Origin: a virus
IMG/VR virus record: IMGVR_UViG_3300017727_001923
Location: 97,406-149,135 of that record
DNA length: 51,730 nucleotides
Direction: 5' to 3' (one strand)
Shown here: positions 48,115 to 51,730 of the stretch, one piece after another
Position numbering within the stretch: the stretch's first letter is position 1
Layout of the letters: each line of letters begins with the position of its first letter
The notes under the pieces: model-generated
What the model saw: the letters and a program-made list of their open reading frames with translations, nothing else
Database searches by the model: none
What the model was told of the DNA's origin: nothing
Translations under genes and position numbers: made by a program

Positions 48115-48143
48115 ATAGTACACTAGTCCACACTAAATGTCAA
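48115..48143 (-). promoter_or_regulatory. Sigma70-type promoter for dam
   Basis: Minus strand TTGACA (48143-48138), 17 nt, TACTAT (48120-48115). Confidence 0.75.
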
Positions 48144-48167
48144 GGTAAAAATAAACTAAAATAATGC

Positions 48168-48196
48168 TTGACAAACCTTGCTGTTGTTGTTATAAT
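48168..48196 (+). promoter_or_regulatory. Consensus sigma70 (early) promoter
   Basis: TTGACA-17 nt-TATAAT with TGn extension and A-rich upstream tract. Confidence 0.9.
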
Positions 48197-48228
48197 AAGT
48201 GTATAAAATGAAAAAAGGAAAGGAAAAT

Positions 48229-48519
48229 ATGACACCATTTATCAAAGAAGAGTTCACATGGGACGGTATGTATCTCATGTATAGAGGTAAACACACTAAG
48301 AGTGTGAACATGGAGGTCGCAAGACCAGACTGTCACCCATCTTGGGTTGGTCTACCAAAACCAGAGTTTATCGCAAGGTTCAAGTATGGTTACAAACCTT
48401 GGAAGGCATGGGTTAACTTCCTAGTCAAGAATGTTACTGTTGAAGAGTATCTTGCATTGTCTGAAGAGATTCACCCCGCACCCGCAATGAGAGAGTTAGG
48501 TTACGGAGGAAGAACTTAA
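48229..48519 (+). CDS. Hypothetical early protein
   Basis: Track starts at 48199; the ATG at 48229 has an AAGGA RBS downstream of the promoter (MTPFIKEEF...). Confidence 0.65.
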   Translation: MTPFIKEEFTWDGMYLMYRGKHTKSVNMEVARPDCHPSWVGLPKPEFIARFKYGYKPWKAWVNFLVKNVTVEEYLALSEEIHPAPAMRELGYGGRT

Positions 48520-48707
48520 TGAACGAATACTGGAAAGAAATTACGGATTGGGGAGACTTGGGATATAGAGTTCCAAGTCATACCTATATTGTAAACAAGT
48601 ACACTCAACTGGTGGGATACATCAAAGAGGGTACTACTGAAGAGATTATCTTCAAATCACCCATGAAACAGTTCTCTAAGAGTAGGAGAAAGTTCAAAAA
48701 ATTATGA
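48519..48707 (+). CDS. Hypothetical early protein
   Basis: 62 aa, coupled to the upstream stop; ends FSKSRRKFKKL. Confidence 0.6.
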   Translation: MNEYWKEITDWGDLGYRVPSHTYIVNKYTQLVGYIKEGTTEEIIFKSPMKQFSKSRRKFKKL

Positions 48708-48715
48708 GAAAACAC

Positions 48716-48744
48716 TTGACAAAGTGTGTTCTTGTTGTTATAAT
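48716..48744 (+). promoter_or_regulatory. Second consensus sigma70 promoter
   Basis: TTGACA-17 nt-TATAAT with TGn; near-copy of the 48168 promoter. Confidence 0.9.
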
Positions 48745-48771
48745 AAGTATATAATCAAGAAAGGAGAGATT

Positions 48772-49158
48772 ATGATAAACCTGAAAAACTATGAATGTCC
48801 CGACTACGAAAGTGGTCTTTATAAGGGTATCCCTATGGAATATAGGAATGCACCTGTTATACAAGAAATCTTGAAGACAAGATTGTTCACTGTGAGATAC
48901 AGAGGAACGAGTAAGAATGATTACGACAGACCACAAGATTTCTGTCACAAAGATTATGCGGATACCTTCGCAATCTATCCATATGCAAACTATGACGAAT
49001 ATCAAACTAAGGACGATTACCTTGGTCTTGAGAAACCTAAGTACGACCCTGTTGTAAGAAACTACGAAGACCTTAGAAATTTCAGAGATATGCATATAAA
49101 ATTGACGTGTGAAGTTGCGGATGCAATCGTAAGAGAAATGACCGAAGGTGTTGCATGA
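48772..49158 (+). CDS. Hypothetical early protein
   Basis: Track start 48724 lies inside the promoter; the ATG at 48772 follows AAGGAG (MINLKNYE...). Confidence 0.65.
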   Translation: MINLKNYECPDYESGLYKGIPMEYRNAPVIQEILKTRLFTVRYRGTSKNDYDRPQDFCHKDYADTFAIYPYANYDEYQTKDDYLGLEKPKYDPVVRNYEDLRNFRDMHIKLTCEVADAIVREMTEGVA

Positions 49159-49673
49159 GTCATGATACAATGATGAAGTGGTCTTTCTTAGGACTAATAC
49201 TATCGGGTCTTTCCCTGTACTGTTCCAATGCGAATGGTTCTGAGTTAAGGTATCCCTATGAACAAGAGACCTTTTGTCTCGCAAAGAACATCTACTTTGA
49301 ATCGGGTAATCAACCTCTTGCGGGTAAGATTGCAGTTGCACAAGTAGTGTTGAATCGTATGGAACACAAATCATATCCAAAAAATGTATGTGGTGTTGTG
49401 TATGATGCAAAGTGGAAAGAAAACTGGAAAGGTAATATGATGCCTGTCAGGAATCAATGTCAGTTTAGTTGGTTCTGTGACGGTAAGTCAGACGAACCTT
49501 TGGACACAAAGACGTGGGAGTTATCCCTAAAGGTTGCATATGATGTTCTATCAAGACACTATCCAGATATTACTGAAGGTGCAACACATTACCACACACT
49601 CTATGTTGACCCATATTGGTCAGATAGTTTAAACGAAACTGTGAGAATCACAGACCACATTTTTTATAAATAA
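49155..49673 (+). CDS. Cell wall hydrolase, SleB/Hydrolase_2 family, with N-terminal signal/anchor
   Basis: CLAKNIYFES..Q...GKIAVAQVVLNR...CQFSWFCDGK...DITEGATHYH..YVDPYW...I..HIFY; hydrophobic N-terminus. Confidence 0.88.
   Translation: MSHDTMMKWSFLGLILSGLSLYCSNANGSELRYPYEQETFCLAKNIYFESGNQPLAGKIAVAQVVLNRMEHKSYPKNVCGVVYDAKWKENWKGNMMPVRNQCQFSWFCDGKSDEPLDTKTWELSLKVAYDVLSRHYPDITEGATHYHTLYVDPYWSDSLNETVRITDHIFYK
49665..49672 (+). promoter_or_regulatory. Possible late promoter TATAAATA
   Basis: Exact consensus overlapping the hydrolase stop. Confidence 0.45.
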
Positions 49674-49683
49674 GGAATATATT

Positions 49684-49875
49684 ATGTATGAAGTAAGATT
49701 AGCAAATACAGGTTTAGACTGTATGAAATGGTATGCATTCAATACCGCAAAAGAAGCTGTTAAGTTTGTTTTGAAAGAACTACACTGCGTTGGATTTACC
49801 GTAGATGGTAAGACCTACGAAGAGAAGTTCGAAGAAATTGTTTGGGTTGGAAAAGGAAGAATTAATGAAGGTTGA
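49684..49875 (+). CDS. Hypothetical protein
   Basis: 63 aa, AAGGA RBS. Confidence 0.55.
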   Translation: MYEVRLANTGLDCMKWYAFNTAKEAVKFVLKELHCVGFTVDGKTYEEKFEEIVWVGKGRINEG

Positions 49876-50005
49876 TTATCACAGATTAATTAGTAATGCA
49901 GTTGCAGCACAAGAACGAAGTGGTACTGAATGGGGTAAAATCTATTGGGGACGAGTCATTGAGTTTTTGACAAAAAAGGTGCATGAAGACGAAGTAGTCC
50001 ATTAA
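49865..50005 (+). CDS. Hypothetical protein
   Basis: Likely start is the ATG at 49865 after AGGA (MKVDYHRL...); track start 49805. Confidence 0.45.
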   Translation: MKVDYHRLISNAVAAQERSGTEWGKIYWGRVIEFLTKKVHEDEVVH

Positions 50006-50010
50006 ACTCT

Positions 50011-50018
50011 TATAAATA
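50011..50018 (+). promoter_or_regulatory. Late promoter TATAAATA (gp3)
   Basis: Exact consensus, intergenic. Confidence 0.8.
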
Positions 50019-50044
50019 GTAGTATAGACTATTAAGAGGACATT

Positions 50045-50572
50045 ATGGCAGTCACATCAAACGTTCAAGTCACAGACGAAGAACTAACAACCAATTTAAA
50101 TTACTTACAACCTACTGGGTTTAAAGTAATTATTGATAGGACTAAGTACCCAAACATGGAGTACTTTGTTCAGTCTGTGTCACATCCTGGCGCTCAATTA
50201 ACTCCATTGGAATTACCTGTACGTAGGATTACATCTGTACCTTTAGCGGGTGACAAACTAACGTTCTCAGAAGTTTCGTTTGATATTATTGTGGACGAAA
50301 ACATGACATCTTATAAAGAGATGTATAATTGGATGATTCGTATAGTGAATGAAGGACAAGTATCTGCGGGTGCAAGAGATACAGGAAAACCTACCTATGC
50401 GGATATAACTTTATCTGTGTTGTCTAGTCACAATAACACTGCACAAAAGATTAGATATCTTGATTGTGTTCCAACTGGATTGGGTGCAATTGAGTTTCAA
50501 TCCACTTCGGGTGACACTACATATGTCACCTTCAATGCATCATTTAGGTTCTCACAATTTGAGATTATTTGA
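50045..50572 (+). CDS. gp3: Tail tube terminator / tail completion protein gp3
   Basis: NYLQPTGF, YFVQSVSHPG, GDKLTFSE....IVDENM..YKEMYNWM, PT.LG.I.F; upstream of uvsY. Confidence 0.85.
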   Translation: MAVTSNVQVTDEELTTNLNYLQPTGFKVIIDRTKYPNMEYFVQSVSHPGAQLTPLELPVRRITSVPLAGDKLTFSEVSFDIIVDENMTSYKEMYNWMIRIVNEGQVSAGARDTGKPTYADITLSVLSSHNNTAQKIRYLDCVPTGLGAIEFQSTSGDTTYVTFNASFRFSQFEII

Positions 50573-50598
50573 CATTTAACCCTTTATTATGGTATAAT
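50569..50598 (+). promoter_or_regulatory. Sigma70-type promoter for uvsY-uvsW
   Basis: TTGACA-18 nt-TATAAT with TGn extension. Confidence 0.8.
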
Positions 50599-50603
50599 AC
50601 ATT

Positions 50604-51059
50604 ATGATTAACTTAGAAAGTATACTTGCTGAATGGCAAGAAGACAGTATTATTCGCAAAGACGATTATGAACAAGCGTCTATGAATACCCCTAAACTAC
50701 ACGCAAAATACCTTGAGTATTTGTCTCTGACCAAACTACGTTTGAAGAAAGCAGAGTTTGACCAAAAAACCTTACTGAAAGATAAGTATCTTTATTACGA
50801 AGGTAAGATGCCTGAAGAAGATATGACTGCACGTGGTTGGAAGTACGACCCGTTTGATGGTCTGAATCCTAAAGCTTTTACCAAGTCAACTAAAGAGACA
50901 TTCTATAATGGTGATAAGGATATGCAAGAATCTGAAATAAAGATTCAAATGCTTAAAACTACCATAGAAACTCTATCAGAAATTGTGGACAATCTAAAGT
51001 GGAGACACCAGACGATTGGAAACATCATTAGGTGGAGACAATTCGAAAGCGGTATGTAA
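50604..51059 (+). CDS. uvsY: Recombination mediator UvsY
   Basis: W..DSII, P.LHAKYL, KYLYY.GK, R...I.NII.WRQF..G; upstream of uvsW. Confidence 0.88.
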   Translation: MINLESILAEWQEDSIIRKDDYEQASMNTPKLHAKYLEYLSLTKLRLKKAEFDQKTLLKDKYLYYEGKMPEEDMTARGWKYDPFDGLNPKAFTKSTKETFYNGDKDMQESEIKIQMLKTTIETLSEIVDNLKWRHQTIGNIIRWRQFESGM

Positions 51060-51074
51060 GGTATATATAGATGA

Positions 51075-51730
51075 ATGACAATACCTAATACTATTACCGT
51101 TGGTCTTAAAGACCACTCCATGATGTTGATAGATTGTAATCAACACCAACTCCAAGAACTGCGGGACTACTTTTCTTTCTTTGTGCCTGGCTATAAATTT
51201 ATGCCTGCATATAAGTCTAGAAGGTGGGACGGTAAAATCAAACTATTCAATCAGATAACCCGTGAATTAAATGCGGGTTTATATGAGCATGTAAAGAAAT
51301 TTTGTTCTGACCGCATGTATCCTCTTCAATTACAAGAGACAGATTTTGGTCATCCCGCATTAACCAATCAAGTTAAACACCAAGAACTAATTAAATTCCA
51401 AAGTAAACTTAACCTACCGTTTCCATTATATGAATATCAATATGATGCGGTAACCCATGGTATAGAAAAGAAACGTTCCGTTTTATTGTCACCAACTGGT
51501 TCGGGTAAGTCATTTATTATCTACAACCTTATGCGTTGGTATCTAGATAATCACGATAAACAAATACTTATTGTTGTTCCGACAACAAGTCTAGTCGAAC
51601 AGATGTACAAAGACTTTGAAGATTATGGTTATGATGTACAGAATAATGTACATCGTATCTACAGTGGTAAGGACAAGACTACCGACAAACCAGTTATTAT
51701 CTCTACATGGCAATCAATCCATAGATTTTC
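51075..51730 (+). CDS. uvsW: DNA helicase UvsW (partial, runs off window end)
   Basis: Hand-translated: ELRDYFSFFVPGYKFMPAYKSRRWDGKIKLF...YEYQ..AV...LLSPTGSGKSFII...LIVVPTTSLVEQMYKDF...ISTWQS. Confidence 0.93.
   Translation, partial: MTIPNTITVGLKDHSMMLIDCNQHQLQELRDYFSFFVPGYKFMPAYKSRRWDGKIKLFNQITRELNAGLYEHVKKFCSDRMYPLQLQETDFGHPALTNQVKHQELIKFQSKLNLPFPLYEYQYDAVTHGIEKKRSVLLSPTGSGKSFIIYNLMRWYLDNHDKQILIVVPTTSLVEQMYKDFEDYGYDVQNNVHRIYSGKDKTTDKPVIISTWQSIHRF

Noticed and set aside
48694-49410. 238-aa minus-strand ORF
   Set aside because: Antisense to promoter- and RBS-supported plus-strand genes including the SleB hydrolase; no recognisable motifs
1-51730. tRNA genes or stop-codon reassignment
   Set aside because: Intergenic gaps are short with no cloverleaf seen; core genes translate full-length in the standard code

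Overview
Virion-morphogenesis region of an AT-rich T4-like myophage (probably marine or environmental; the host cannot be determined here). Gene order: partial B12-binding radical SAM gene and gp4 on the minus strand; then baseplate genes (gp48, gp53, hub, a gp5 split over three ORFs with a T7-type amidase, gp25, gp6, gp7-, gp9/10- and gp8-like, a 1732-aa DUF4815/VrlC-like protein); an accessory fibre island (19.8-35.2 kb); gp13-gp23; a Dam-family methylase with a small sigma70-promoter island; gp3, uvsY and partial uvsW. The standout is the fibre island. Two paralogous proteins are built from tetrapeptide repeats. The 1135-aa one is a protein-level 'stem-loop': two 418-residue arms flank a Gly-rich turn, and their tetrapeptides pair in mirror register by a consistent complementarity rule, predicting a giant antiparallel beta-hairpin needle. 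A GT-A glycosyltransferase and a 2OG-Fe(II)-oxygenase-like gene follow them. A D-S-[A/D/S/G] motif is enriched in surface-exposed virion proteins and nearly absent from internal ones, suggesting a phage-encoded virion modification (glycosylation) system. All calls come from reading motifs and synteny; no database search was run.
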